Origin: an uncultured Verrucomicrobiae bacterium
GTDB lineage: Bacteria; Verrucomicrobiota; Verrucomicrobiia; Limisphaerales; Palsa-1400
DNA: 64,000 bases
Reading direction: 5' to 3'
Assembly: GCA_963764165.1 (NCBI GenBank)
Contig: CAVXRD010000004.1
Coordinates: forward strand, 448,001 to 512,000
Shown: in pieces, positions 8,412 through 18,347 of the stretch
Numbering within the stretch: the first letter of the stretch is position 1
Layout: the number at the start of each line of letters is the position of its first letter
Translations under genes and position numbers: made by a program
Notes under the pieces: model-generated
Databases searched by the model: none
Seen by the model: the letters and a program-made list of their open reading frames with translations, nothing else
Told to the model about the DNA's origin: nothing

Positions 8412-9161
8412 ATGAGCCTAAAACACACACAGGAGGAATTGCCGATGTTCGTCCATGGCGCACTGGACGACGCGGGCCTTCCCAAACTCGACTTCCGACT
8501 CTACGGGCACATCCGCCGCCGCGGTGAATGCAAGGAGAGCTTGGAAAACATGGCCAGATATTGTCACACCAACGTTAACAAAGTGCAGGCTGCTTTGGCC
8601 AACTTGCTCGAACGGCACATGATCACGAAGGAGACGCGGATCGGCTATACCGCGATTTATCGCGTTACGCCGCTGAGCGCGTGGGTTTCGGTGCTTGAGC
8701 TACAGCCAAATGGCGCATTGGGGTTAAGCCAATCGGCTGTACCCCCACCGCCAAAGGATACAAGGGGGTTACGCCAATCGGCTGTACAAAGTGCATCCCC
8801 TGAAGTGAATCCTGTAAAGGCATTCCCATTAAGTAATCATGAACATGGGAAGAAATTAGGGGGAGATGCGCTTGCAGCGGCTGGGGATGGGAAGAACCCC
8901 AAGGGCGCGGCGACGCCTGGCCGCAAAACCCCAGCCCAGCTCGAGCTGCTATTCGAAATTGAGAAGGTGATTCCGGACGCGCAGCGCCAAATCTTCCCGC
9001 GCCTGGCTGAGAGCGATCCGGACACGCTGCGCAGGGCGTTCGACGATCTTCGCGAGCGGATGAAGTTCGCGCCGCGAATCAGAAACCCGGGCGGCTATCT
9101 TGTTGACACATTCAAACGGTTTCGCGGGCGGATGCCGGCGAAGAAAGTTGCGAACGTGTGA
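8412..9161 (+). CDS. Phage replication initiator (N-terminal HTH)
   Basis: FRLYGHI..SLENMARYCHTNVNKVQAALANL..MITKETRIG HTH; C-terminal IRNPGGYL motif typical of Rep proteins. Confidence 0.75.
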   Translation: MSLKHTQEELPMFVHGALDDAGLPKLDFRLYGHIRRRGECKESLENMARYCHTNVNKVQAALANLLERHMITKETRIGYTAIYRVTPLSAWVSVLELQPNGALGLSQSAVPPPPKDTRGLRQSAVQSASPEVNPVKAFPLSNHEHGKKLGGDALAAAGDGKNPKGAATPGRKTPAQLELLFEIEKVIPDAQRQIFPRLAESDPDTLRRAFDDLRERMKFAPRIRNPGGYLVDTFKRFRGRMPAKKVANV

Positions 9162-9388
9162 GGCCTGGTGAAATAGTCACGATAACCACTCCCAGCGGGT
9201 CTATATACCGGGCGCTGGTTTACGAAACGCGTATCAATCGAACCCGCTTCGATGAAATCGAGGGTGAAATTCGATTAAGGATTTACGCCGGCACGATCAG
9301 CGAAAAGCGGCCGCAGAAGACTCTCGAAGAATCGGTGGCAATCGAGACGGAGGCGGAAATCATCCAGGAGCGGAAACTGTTGCAGTGA
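9158..9388 (+). CDS. Phage hypothetical protein
   Basis: Coupled 76-aa ORF. Confidence 0.6.
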   Translation: MRPGEIVTITTPSGSIYRALVYETRINRTRFDEIEGEIRLRIYAGTISEKRPQKTLEESVAIETEAEIIQERKLLQ

Positions 9389-9681
9389 AAGATTTGTTCG
9401 GCAATGAGGTGTTTGATTCGGAGCTTCCGCGCTCACCGGGAGAGAAAAAGAAGCGTGATGGATCGGCGCGAGGTTATAGCGGCAATCCAGGGAGAGGTCC
9501 AGCCGGAGAGAAGTGCGGCACCTGCATATTTGCGATCAATACCTATAAGAGCTTTTACAAATGCCGAAAGGTTGAACACCTGTGGACTCGCGGGAAAAAG
9601 ACCGATATTCGCCTAAGATCGCCCGCGTGCCAATTCTGGGAGGCGAAGCCGAAAACAAAACCTGCAAAGCGAAACCGGTAA
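9385..9681 (+). CDS. Phage Cys-containing hypothetical protein
   Basis: DLFG start; GPAGEKCGTC..YKC..W..TDIR..PAC..WE pattern. Confidence 0.75.
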   Translation: MKDLFGNEVFDSELPRSPGEKKKRDGSARGYSGNPGRGPAGEKCGTCIFAINTYKSFYKCRKVEHLWTRGKKTDIRLRSPACQFWEAKPKTKPAKRNR

Positions 9682-9742
9682 TTTTGGACTCTCACTGGAA
9701 AAGCGGCGAGGATCGCAATCGGTGGGGGGTTGATTGAGTCAA

Positions 9743-11123
9743 TAATAGATTCCTTGGGGGGTGCGGCTGGCGATGATTATTCCAAGGGCGTTCGATGATG
9801 GAATTAATACGCTTCAATTGCGATGCAACAGGCAACTACAGTTCGCATGCGCTCAGAGAATTCCCCCAGCGCGCCGCCATACACGCGTTTTCTTCGCGGA
9901 GCGTGGGCCGCGCGCGGTGCCGGTCGCTCTCGCTAACGCTCGCCGCAGCGCCTTCCTCTCTCCTGCGGTGCCCCTCTCCGGCGCTGGGACGCTGGTCTTC
10001 GCGCGCCAGAGGAGCCGTCTCTCTTGTCCACGCGAATTTGCAATTTCACGCGCTCAGGTTCGCAAAGCTAATCCGGCGCGCTCAGACCCCGGCACAATGA
10101 AATATTGGCGGCGCTGCGCGCCGTGAACAAATTTGCAATTTTGCAACGCGCGCGAGCCGCCGCCAGGCTCGCTGCTCGCCAAGCGACGGCCCGCGCGCTT
10201 GGGGGTTTTGGCCTGACTGCGCCGAGTTCGCATCGCGTCCGCTCCGTTCCATTTCGCAGGCTGCATTACACTCGGCGACCGCGACACGAAGTCGGCGCAG
10301 ACAGGCTTTTCCCCGGCGCATGTCCATTTTCGCGCAAAGACCGCGGAGCGCGAAAGTCGACACACGCCCCCGAATTCAGACGGACCTATGGGCAAATGGC
10401 AAATTGGCCTGATCGCATTTTACCCTTACGCCCTCGCGATCTGGCCATTTGCCAATTTCCCACACGTCCGTGAAATTTGGATTTTGGGAGAGCGCGCGAA
10501 AGTGGATTCGCTTCGCGGCAGCGTGTCACGCGGAATGCTGGCCGTTCCTTCGCACAACACTTGTTGGCTGTCAGTTTTCTCCCCGCGCCAGGGCACCCGG
10601 CAAGCCACCCTATCGCGGGTCCCCGCCGCCAGGCATGAAGTCGCCGACGCGGCTTCGCAACTCAGCCCGACGCGCTCCAACATGTCCGGGCGGCCCGAAA
10701 ACCGAAGCCAACAAGGAGTTGTGCGAAAGAAGGCCGGTCGCGCCAGCCGTGGATCTGCGCCCCTGATCCACGCACGGCGCGACCTGAGCATTCCGCCCGC
10801 CACGCCGCCGCTCCGCTGGCCTTCGGCCATTAGGCGCGCGCTGGACGGCATCGGCGGCCGAGTCCGCACACTTCGTGGCCGGTGCGACGCGAGCTGCGCG
10901 GCTCGGCAACGTCGCACCGCTCGGCCGCCGATGCCGTCGGGACAAAGGCATTGAAATCGGAAACGCGTTTTCGCGCGCTCGAACGCGAATCGGCGGTCGG
11001 CTACGCCTTAAACCGCAGTCGGCCATCGCATTCCTATATGCGCCATCATGCGCAACAGGGCGCGCCACGGGTGATAATAGGGCGCTATATAGCGCGCCCT
11101 ATTGGCATCCAAGGAATCTATTA
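9743..11123. repeat. Perfect 15-bp inverted repeats bounding a 1.38-kb ORF-poor segment (candidate packaging/cos region)
   Basis: TAATAGATTCCTTGG (9743-9757) is the reverse complement of CCAAGGAATCTATTA (11109-11123). Confidence 0.75.
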
Positions 11124-11237
11124 GAACGAACCCCCTGGGCCGGGTTTAAGTGTATGGCCTGTTTTTTCCGTGAGACCCCTATTTTTCCGGTTTCGGATTG
11201 CAGAAAATCCACCAATGAAATGCGGGAAAACGCCAAG

Positions 11238-11245
11238 TGCCGCAA
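11238..11245 (+). promoter_or_regulatory. TGCCGYAA late-gene motif (terS)
   Basis: TGCCGCAA starts 26 nt before ATG 11264. Confidence 0.7.
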
Positions 11246-11263
11246 TTTGCGCACGAGGGCGGA

Positions 11264-11860
11264 ATGCGCCGCACCAGGAAATCGAAAGAAAAAACGCCGA
11301 GGCCAAAAACTGTCAAACAAACTCCACCGCCGACAGCACCGGCACCGCCCTCTCCCGTCAATATGGAACCAATTATTGACACGATTTCCGCCCTCGAATT
11401 GGAAGAGATCACCGGCTTGACGGACCGTCGGCATCGGCAGATCGCGGACGAAGGGTATTTCCCGAAGCCTGACCTGGGGAAGTACCGGCGCGACGAGACG
11501 CTCCGAGGAATGTTCCGCTACTACCGCGAGCGCAACGACAAAGACACACTCACGGCTGAACGCGTTTTGCTCACCAAGGAAAAGCGGATCGAGCAAGAAA
11601 GCATTAATGCCGAGCGTTCCGGCCAGCTCGAATCGAAGGAAGCGATCGCGAAAAAGATTTTCGCGCTCGGGGAGGAAATAAAGTCGACGCTCAATTTTCA
11701 ATTGACCGACCGCCTGCCGGCATTGAATGCAGGCCTCGACGCGCCGGCACAGCGCATTAACAACCGCGCTGTGTTTCTGGAAATTCTCAAACGCTTTCAG
11801 GAATTCGCCAAACGGTGGATCGCGCCCGATTCACCAGCCGAGAAAAAGGAAACCGCCTAA
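11264..11860 (+). CDS. terS: Terminase small subunit (Nu1-like)
   Basis: ISALELEEITGLTDRRHRQIADEG HTH plus coiled coil; overlaps the terL start. Confidence 0.85.
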   Translation: MRRTRKSKEKTPRPKTVKQTPPPTAPAPPSPVNMEPIIDTISALELEEITGLTDRRHRQIADEGYFPKPDLGKYRRDETLRGMFRYYRERNDKDTLTAERVLLTKEKRIEQESINAERSGQLESKEAIAKKIFALGEEIKSTLNFQLTDRLPALNAGLDAPAQRINNRAVFLEILKRFQEFAKRWIAPDSPAEKKETA

Positions 11861-13779
11861 TGGACGTAATGGCAAAGGCGTTGCACGACGCCTGCGAGCC
11901 GCCCGACATGCGTCCCACGCCTGAGTGGGCGGCGGAGTATTTGGAACTGTCTCCCGGTGGTTACGCCATCCCGGGATTTTTTCACGTTGAGAAATCCCGC
12001 CAGCTCCTCGAGCCGCTGCGCGCACTCGATGACGACCTTACCCGGCGTGTTTCTGTGTGCGCGGCCGTGCAGGGTGCCAAGTCGCTCATCCCGGATGTCT
12101 GGATCCCGCGCGTTCTCAGCGACCGTCCGGGTCCCGCCATGTTTGTAATGCAAACGGAACAGATTGCGAAACAGCACGCGGAGGTCCGGCTCATTCCGAA
12201 CATCTCAGGCTGCAAACCTCTGCAGCGTCTTCTTCCAGACAATCGTCACAAGGCGCGAACCAAGGAGATTATTTTCAAAAATGGTGTCCCTCTCTACATA
12301 TTCGGTCCGGCCATCAGCAACGCGCAGTCGAAGTCCATCCGTTATCTCGCGATCGACGAAGCGTGGCTGATTGCCGCCAACCAACCCGGCCGCATTTTCG
12401 AGTTCCTTAACCGGACCAGCAAATACGACGAGATCGGCAATTCGAAGCAGCTGATCATTTCCCAGGGCGGCGACCTCAAAGTCGATCCGGACGGCAAAAT
12501 TATCGGCGACGATTGGGCCATCATCTGGCATGAAGGCTCGCAGGAACTTTGGACCGTGCCTTGTTTGCACTGCGGATTCTTTTTCGTTCCGCACTTCACG
12601 ATCAACGTCCCCTACCCTGGCGGAAACGCGCCGACCGGCTATGACGACAAGGCGGGGATGAAATGGGACGCCAATGGTGAACAGGTCCGCTACGAATGCC
12701 CGCGCTGCCGTCAGGCTATGATCGATACCGACGCAACCAAGGCGCAATGGAACGATCGCGGCCTCTACACGGCTACCAATCCGGCAGCCCGCAACAATCG
12801 CAGCTTCTGGTGGCCAAAGCTCATATCGGCGAAGTGGGAGCCGCTGGTGCAAAAGTTTTTGAGGGCCATGCAATCAATGAAAAGCGGGCTAATTTTGCCA
12901 CTGAAAGAATTTGTGCAAAAGGATGACGCGGGGTTCTGGGACGAGCGGGCCCACACGACCGCCAACGAGATCGCCATCAGCACGGCTGATTATACGCCCG
13001 ATCCTCTCAAGTCCTGGCCTGACGAAAAATTCCGGTTCATGACGGTGGACTGTCAGGCCAACCTGCTTTTGTTTTTCGTCGTGATTCGCGCCTGGTCGGC
13101 GACTGGCGAGTCGCGCCGACTCTATCGCGGCCACGTCGAATCGTGGGAGGAGGTTCGAAAACTCCAGGAGAAATTCGGCGTGCCTTCCAAGTTCGTTGCG
13201 GTCGACTGTGGCTATGAGGCGACGAAAGTTTTCCGGCAATGCTGCCGGCATGTGGAGGAAGTCAGCGCCCGCGGCTGGACGGCGTTTCGGGAATCCGATT
13301 CCGAATGGTTTATCCATCATTTCAAGGACCGCAAAGAGCGCCGGATTTATTCCGAGGTGGAATTCGCCAACGCCGCGCTGGGTCTCAGCAACCCGGATAT
13401 GGCCAAATGGCTGGCCTCGGTTTCTCCGACCGCGTCAAAACTATACCAGCGCGGCAGCCTGCGCTGCTGGGTGGTCACTTGGTCGCGTCCGAGTGTGTCC
13501 GATGTCCTGGCGGGGCTGCGGGACGGCAAGGGCGCGCCGTTTCTGGCCCCAGCCGCCGACGCCAACGATCCGGAGGAAGCCGCTTATCGCCGCCACATGG
13601 GCAGCGAAATCAAGAAGCCCAAGAAAGACAAGGGCGACAAAGTCGAACGCATGCAGTGGGTGAAAGTTCTCCGCGATAACCATTACTGGTCCTGTGAAAA
13701 AATGCAGGTCGTGTGCGCAACAATTGTGGGTTGCATCAAGGTCGAACTGCCGGATGAGAGTGAAAAACCGGCCGCGTAA
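11860..13779 (+). CDS. terL: Terminase large subunit, lambda GpA family
   Basis: EWAAEY, AAVQGAKS (Walker A-like), SKSIRYLAIDE (Walker B), PCLHCG and YECPRC, MTVDCQ nuclease, DNHYWSCE. Confidence 0.95.
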   Translation: MDVMAKALHDACEPPDMRPTPEWAAEYLELSPGGYAIPGFFHVEKSRQLLEPLRALDDDLTRRVSVCAAVQGAKSLIPDVWIPRVLSDRPGPAMFVMQTEQIAKQHAEVRLIPNISGCKPLQRLLPDNRHKARTKEIIFKNGVPLYIFGPAISNAQSKSIRYLAIDEAWLIAANQPGRIFEFLNRTSKYDEIGNSKQLIISQGGDLKVDPDGKIIGDDWAIIWHEGSQELWTVPCLHCGFFFVPHFTINVPYPGGNAPTGYDDKAGMKWDANGEQVRYECPRCRQAMIDTDATKAQWNDRGLYTATNPAARNNRSFWWPKLISAKWEPLVQKFLRAMQSMKSGLILPLKEFVQKDDAGFWDERAHTTANEIAISTADYTPDPLKSWPDEKFRFMTVDCQANLLLFFVVIRAWSATGESRRLYRGHVESWEEVRKLQEKFGVPSKFVAVDCGYEATKVFRQCCRHVEEVSARGWTAFRESDSEWFIHHFKDRKERRIYSEVEFANAALGLSNPDMAKWLASVSPTASKLYQRGSLRCWVVTWSRPSVSDVLAGLRDGKGAPFLAPAADANDPEEAAYRRHMGSEIKKPKKDKGDKVERMQWVKVLRDNHYWSCEKMQVVCATIVGCIKVELPDESEKPAA

Positions 13780-13947
13780 ATTGCGTGCCGTAACGAAGCG
13801 CGGGCAGAAATGCACCGGGAAATCGCCGATCACGAGGTAAAATTTCCACCGATGCCCGGTCAGGGTTTGCCTGCCGTAACATCGCGATAGGGAATGTGCG
13901 CAATAAGTTTATCGCCCAATTGCTGTCCTTAGTGCATTCTCTTTAAC

Positions 13948-14208
13948 ATGTCTGGACTCCAAACACGTCAGGTTCTCACGTTTCAAGGATACATCCTATT
14001 CACCGGCGACCGTCAGACGCTTCCCATCACGATAAAAGCCTTTGACATGACGGGAGCGGCCGCAAAGCTCGCGCGCATCGTCAGTGACCAGCCAGGGGAA
14101 GCGATCGGGATCCAATTGCGCCAAGTCAAAGAAACTCTGATCGTGCCGGCCAATGGAGCGAGCATAAACCACTGGGGTCGGCGTCGCGGGCCAAACAGCG
14201 GAAGCTAA
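13948..14208 (+). CDS. Phage hypothetical protein
   Basis: 86-aa ORF; two TGCCGTAA motifs upstream (13786, 13872). Confidence 0.6.
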   Translation: MSGLQTRQVLTFQGYILFTGDRQTLPITIKAFDMTGAAAKLARIVSDQPGEAIGIQLRQVKETLIVPANGASINHWGRRRGPNSGS

Positions 14209-14212
14209 CCGA

Positions 14213-14758
14213 ATGTCGCACACGGACAAAAGCGCGCGGCAAGTTGTCACCAGTTTTCCCCAGCAGGAAATTGCAGCGCCGGACGCCGACATCGACGAGC
14301 GCAACGGATGGACCGACGAGCCGGATCGCGGTAACCCTCTTTCGCGCTTCGAGGAGAATCCATTTGACCGCAACGAACGAGTTTCGCTTTGCGCGGATGA
14401 ACTCGGGTTGCTCTTTCAGTGGCTGCTGTTCGGCGGATCGACCCGGAACCGCTCGCGCAGCGCGCCGGTCAACCAGCGGTTGAAAGACATCTGCAAGAAA
14501 CGCGAGATGAAGAAAATCTTGCGACGGCCGAGCATTATCGGCCATCGGCTGGTTGCCATGCTTTTGCGGTTGCGGCCCGATCTGCTAGACGGACATAGCG
14601 CGGCCTCCGTTTCGCGAAAGATGCGCATCTCCCCGCGCATGATGGCGCTGCACACAATGTCGTTCGGAGAGAATTTCCCACTGGCGTCAAAAACAATTCG
14701 GCGGACCAGCAAGGTTGTGAAAGAGGAAGTGTTGCGGGCCAGACACCGCGCAACTTGA
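14213..14758 (+). CDS. Putative DNA-binding regulator (C-terminal HTH-like)
   Basis: LRPDLLDGHSAASVSRKMRISPRMMALH resembles an HTH; basic C-terminus. Confidence 0.55.
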   Translation: MSHTDKSARQVVTSFPQQEIAAPDADIDERNGWTDEPDRGNPLSRFEENPFDRNERVSLCADELGLLFQWLLFGGSTRNRSRSAPVNQRLKDICKKREMKKILRRPSIIGHRLVAMLLRLRPDLLDGHSAASVSRKMRISPRMMALHTMSFGENFPLASKTIRRTSKVVKEEVLRARHRAT

Positions 14759-14943
14759 AAAAGTATGACGAGGGCGAATTTAGCCGTCACGGAGAGGACG
14801 GTCGGCGATTGTTTGTCTGACCTTCGCCGGAGTTGTTACCGTGGCGCCGGCCGCGTTTCTCTGACCGGCGATACTGGTTTTTTAACCAGCATCCAATAAT
14901 TCGGACACGCTTTCATTTTGTTGTCCGCATTTCTGCGGGCCAG

Positions 14944-14970
14944 CCGCGCCGAAGCTTTAGCGAAGGCGGG
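14944..14970. repeat. REP-like repeat CCGCGCCGAAG-N6-CGAAGGCGGG (also 21351-21377 and inverted at 18556-18582)
   Basis: Three near-identical copies in late-gene intergenic spaces. Confidence 0.8.
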
Positions 14971-14996
14971 TGCCGTAAGTACGCCCCTCAGTCGAA
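14970..14996 (+). promoter_or_regulatory. TGCCGTAA late-gene motif; 27 bp identical to 29759-29785
   Basis: GTGCCGTAAGTACGCCCCTCAGTCGAA directly before ATG 14997. Confidence 0.8.
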
Positions 14997-15308
14997 ATGA
15001 CTGACGAGCAGGCGGCCACTTTAGCGGGGCAAATCACCCCAATGACCAATCAATTGATTGGCGAGGATCTTCTGCAGGGCATCGAGATTCCGCAATTGCT
15101 TGAATGGCGCCGGATGGCCTGCGAGGAATTGTTCGAAGGCATCATCCAATCTACCAGCGCCGGCGACACCTCGGCCACCCGCTTCGGAAAAGTCGACCCA
15201 AAAACGCGGATCCGCCTCATCAATAAAACCCTCTGGCTCCGCGATCCTGTCGCCTTCCCAATGAACCAGCCGGTGAAGCGCACGCGGCCGTTTTACACGT
15301 TTGGTTGA
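14997..15308 (+). CDS. Head completion protein (gpW position)
   Basis: About 100-aa ORF between terL and portal, coupled to portal. Confidence 0.6.
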   Translation: MTDEQAATLAGQITPMTNQLIGEDLLQGIEIPQLLEWRRMACEELFEGIIQSTSAGDTSATRFGKVDPKTRIRLINKTLWLRDPVAFPMNQPVKRTRPFYTFG

Positions 15309-16981
15309 AATCCGCCATGCGCATCAATGACAGGCGATCTAGTCACGGCGGCGACGCAGCGCCGCCCTACCAGGGGAAATTTCCCGACGGATACACCCAG
15401 CTAAAATCGGGCATTGTCGTGCCGACGGTCGAGGCGGCTCAATACAGCCTCTACAACACGCCGCGCAGCTCCGGGCAGTTGGATCAATATCGCCAGCGCT
15501 GGTTTACGACCGGCGATATTCGCAAGCTGGTCACCGATTACGACCGCTGGGAATTGATGTCCTACTCGCGCCAGTTATTCGCAGGCCTCGGTAACATGCA
15601 CGCGGCGATTCTGCAAAAGGCGCATCGTTCTGTCGGCGAGGAATGGCGGGCGCTTTACGCCGGCACGGAAACCGCCTGGGGAGATGAAGTCGAGGAATGG
15701 TTGGAACATGTTTGGTACCCAAATTGCGACATGCGCGGTCCGCCCTACGATTTCGTGACCGACTTAATTCTTTCGTCGATTGCGTGGGACGTGGACGGCG
15801 ACGACGCAATGATTTTGACCGAGGACCCTTCGACACATTTTCCGAAGGTGCAGTTCATTCCGTCGCACCGGATCAACACGCGCATGGCCCGGGGCAGCGC
15901 CGACCAAAAATCGACCAGCGGTTGGTCCAGCGGCGCCACCGTCAGTCAGGGAATTATTTACGATCGCAACATGGCGGTCATTGGCCTGCGCATTCTGGGC
16001 GACGGCGAAACGCAGGATCGAGATGTTCCTCTGACCAGTTGCCAGCTCATGTACGACCCTGAGTGGCAATCACAGAATCGCGGACTTCCCACGCCTTCGT
16101 GTGAAATCATGGGCGCGCTGGATTACCAGGATTTCGATGTTTTTATCAAACGCGGGGTGAAAAAAGCCACGTCGCTGGCATTGATTCGCACCACCGAATC
16201 CGGTCAGGCCGATACGGGCGATGCCTTTATTGCCGACACGCCGATTCAGGACGCGACACCCGGCATCAAGCGCGAACTCATTCGCGGCGGCGAAGATTAT
16301 TATTTGACAGCCAACAAGGGAGAAAAAATCGAGGGCCTCAAATACGAAATGCCGTCGCAGTCCATCGAAGGTTTCATAAAGCGCCTCGAACATCGAATCA
16401 TTCTCGCCTGCGGCTGGTATGCGGAACTGCTCAACCCCAAGGAAGTCGGCGGGGCCAGTGTGCGGCTGATCCAGGACAACGCGCGGGCGACCGTGCGGCA
16501 CCGCCAAAAATCCATTCGCGCCCGCTCGCTGCGCGCCATCCGTTACGCCGTCGCGAAGGCGATGAAGAACGGCTGGATTTCCCGCAATGACGTGGATTGG
16601 TGGAAATTCGATTTCGAGTATCCCGCCTTATTGACGGTGGACGAGGGTCGTGATTCGCGCAGTGATTTGATGATGCTCTCGCTCGGCACTTTGACCGAGA
16701 CGAAGTACCACGCCAAATACGGCGACAACCAAAAACAGGTTGCCCGCCAAAAAGACCAGGAAGTCTCCAACCGAATCAAGCGGGCCAAATCCATTTCAGA
16801 GGAAACCGGCACGGATTGGGAGTGGGTCTATCAGCAGCTCTGGTCGCCGCGAAGCCCGCCCGCCTTGTCGGCCGAGGGCGATTGGGGACCCAACGGTCCG
16901 CCCAAAGGCGACCAGGTTGCGCCCGGTTCCGGAGGAGGCGGCGAAGAGGAAGGCGGCGGAGGCTCAGAAGGAAACCAATGA
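15305..16981 (+). CDS. Portal protein (lambda family)
   Basis: Size and position; DVDGD..IL, KVQFIPSHRI, QNRGLP, VDEGRD motifs. Confidence 0.85.
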   Translation: MKSAMRINDRRSSHGGDAAPPYQGKFPDGYTQLKSGIVVPTVEAAQYSLYNTPRSSGQLDQYRQRWFTTGDIRKLVTDYDRWELMSYSRQLFAGLGNMHAAILQKAHRSVGEEWRALYAGTETAWGDEVEEWLEHVWYPNCDMRGPPYDFVTDLILSSIAWDVDGDDAMILTEDPSTHFPKVQFIPSHRINTRMARGSADQKSTSGWSSGATVSQGIIYDRNMAVIGLRILGDGETQDRDVPLTSCQLMYDPEWQSQNRGLPTPSCEIMGALDYQDFDVFIKRGVKKATSLALIRTTESGQADTGDAFIADTPIQDATPGIKRELIRGGEDYYLTANKGEKIEGLKYEMPSQSIEGFIKRLEHRIILACGWYAELLNPKEVGGASVRLIQDNARATVRHRQKSIRARSLRAIRYAVAKAMKNGWISRNDVDWWKFDFEYPALLTVDEGRDSRSDLMMLSLGTLTETKYHAKYGDNQKQVARQKDQEVSNRIKRAKSISEETGTDWEWVYQQLWSPRSPPALSAEGDWGPNGPPKGDQVAPGSGGGGEEEGGGGSEGNQ

Positions 16982-17796
16982 AGTTCCAACATATTATTGA
17001 CGCGCTTTACCGGCAGCCGCTCGCCATTACGGAAGCGGGATTCCAAACCATCGATGCGCTGGTGCGCCCGATCATTTTTGAGGGCAAGCGGCCGGAGACG
17101 GATTTGTCCGGCTCGCCGATGCCGCAGATGAAGATTGAAAACGGGATCGCCGTCATTCCGATCATCGGCCCGCTCCTGCAGCACGCCTCGCTTTTATCAA
17201 AACAATGCGGGGCGACCTCGTATGATGACATCCGGGAGGATTTGGAAACGGCCGCGAAGTCACGGGTTGACTCGGTTATTATGAACATCAATTCGCCCGG
17301 CGGCCAGGTGATCGGCTGTCTGGAATGCGCCGAGTTCATCAGGGATTTTCAAGAGGAAACGAAGATCCCCGTCTATGCCTTCACCGACACGCAAATGTGC
17401 AGCGCAGCTTATTTTCTCGCCTCGGCGTGCGACACCATTTTCGCCGCGCGCAGCGCCATGATGGGAAGCATCGGCGTCATCGTCGCCTTCATGGATTCCA
17501 GCAAAGCGATGGATCAAGCCGGATTGAAGCCGATGATTTTCACCAGCGGAAAATACAAGGCCACCGGCTCGCCTGGCGTCGCTTTCACACCGGAGCAAAT
17601 CGAATACCTCGAGTCAATGGTGGCGGATGGCTTCGCGCAATTCGCGGATTTCGTCTCCTCGCAGCGCCCTCAGATCTCCCTCGACAACATGCAGGGCCAA
17701 ATCTTCTGGGGCGAGCAGGCGCTGGCAGCCGGGCTGATCGACGACACTGTCAACTCGATTGATGATCTCGGTGAGATTTTCGGATTTTCAGAGTGA
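16978..17796 (+). CDS. S49 (SppA/gpC-like) capsid maturation protease
   Basis: IAVIPIIGPL, INSPGG, MCSAAYFLAS, GSIGV, SGKYK. Confidence 0.93.
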   Translation: MKFQHIIDALYRQPLAITEAGFQTIDALVRPIIFEGKRPETDLSGSPMPQMKIENGIAVIPIIGPLLQHASLLSKQCGATSYDDIREDLETAAKSRVDSVIMNINSPGGQVIGCLECAEFIRDFQEETKIPVYAFTDTQMCSAAYFLASACDTIFAARSAMMGSIGVIVAFMDSSKAMDQAGLKPMIFTSGKYKATGSPGVAFTPEQIEYLESMVADGFAQFADFVSSQRPQISLDNMQGQIFWGEQALAAGLIDDTVNSIDDLGEIFGFSE

Positions 17797-17831
17797 AAAT
17801 TTCCTGTGCCGTAACTTCGCATCGGGAGCGA

Positions 17832-18347
17832 ATGAAGTTCTCGGAAATCGTTTCGGCGCTGGCGAGCCTCACGGCAAAAATCACGGGCATTGAAGCCAAG
17901 GTCTCTGACCTCTCGGTTAAGGCCACCAATCCCAAGCCCATCTCCGACGAGGAACGCACCGCGTTCAACGCCGAGATCGCCGGCGTCAAAGCATCCGTCA
18001 CTGAACTTCAAAACGGCCTGGTCGCAGCGACCACGGCCATTACCGAGGCCACCACGGCCAACACAAATTTAACGGCGGAAATCGCTTCGCTCAAAACTCA
18101 GCTCACGGACAAGAAAGCCCTGGCCACGGCCGGAGTCGCTGCCGCGGCTGAATTGGCTGCGAGCCAGACCACGCAAGCGGTTTCGCCCAAGACCGATATC
18201 GACCCCTCCGGGAAAACGCCCGAGCAGCTTCTGCAAGCGCAGATGGCCGCGGCGACCAGCCCGAAGGAGAAAACCACCATCGCCCGCAAGCTGCGGGAAT
18301 TGCGAGGAGTTTCGTTTGCCGGCCAGGAAATCAAAGCAACGGCGTAA
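17832..18347 (+). CDS. Scaffold / head assembly coiled-coil protein
   Basis: Ala/Thr coiled coil between protease and capsid; TGCCGTAA at 17807. Confidence 0.65.
   Translation: MKFSEIVSALASLTAKITGIEAKVSDLSVKATNPKPISDEERTAFNAEIAGVKASVTELQNGLVAATTAITEATTANTNLTAEIASLKTQLTDKKALATAGVAAAAELAASQTTQAVSPKTDIDPSGKTPEQLLQAQMAAATSPKEKTTIARKLRELRGVSFAGQEIKATA

Noticed and set aside
11076..11103. Protelomerase (telRL) site of a linear plasmid prophage
   Set aside because: Palindrome is short, no protelomerase is recognised, and the phage is contiguous with host genes
9761..11420. Several 100-190-aa ORFs on both strands
   Set aside because: Arg/Ala/Pro-rich, mutually overlapping, no coupling or motifs; treated as non-coding
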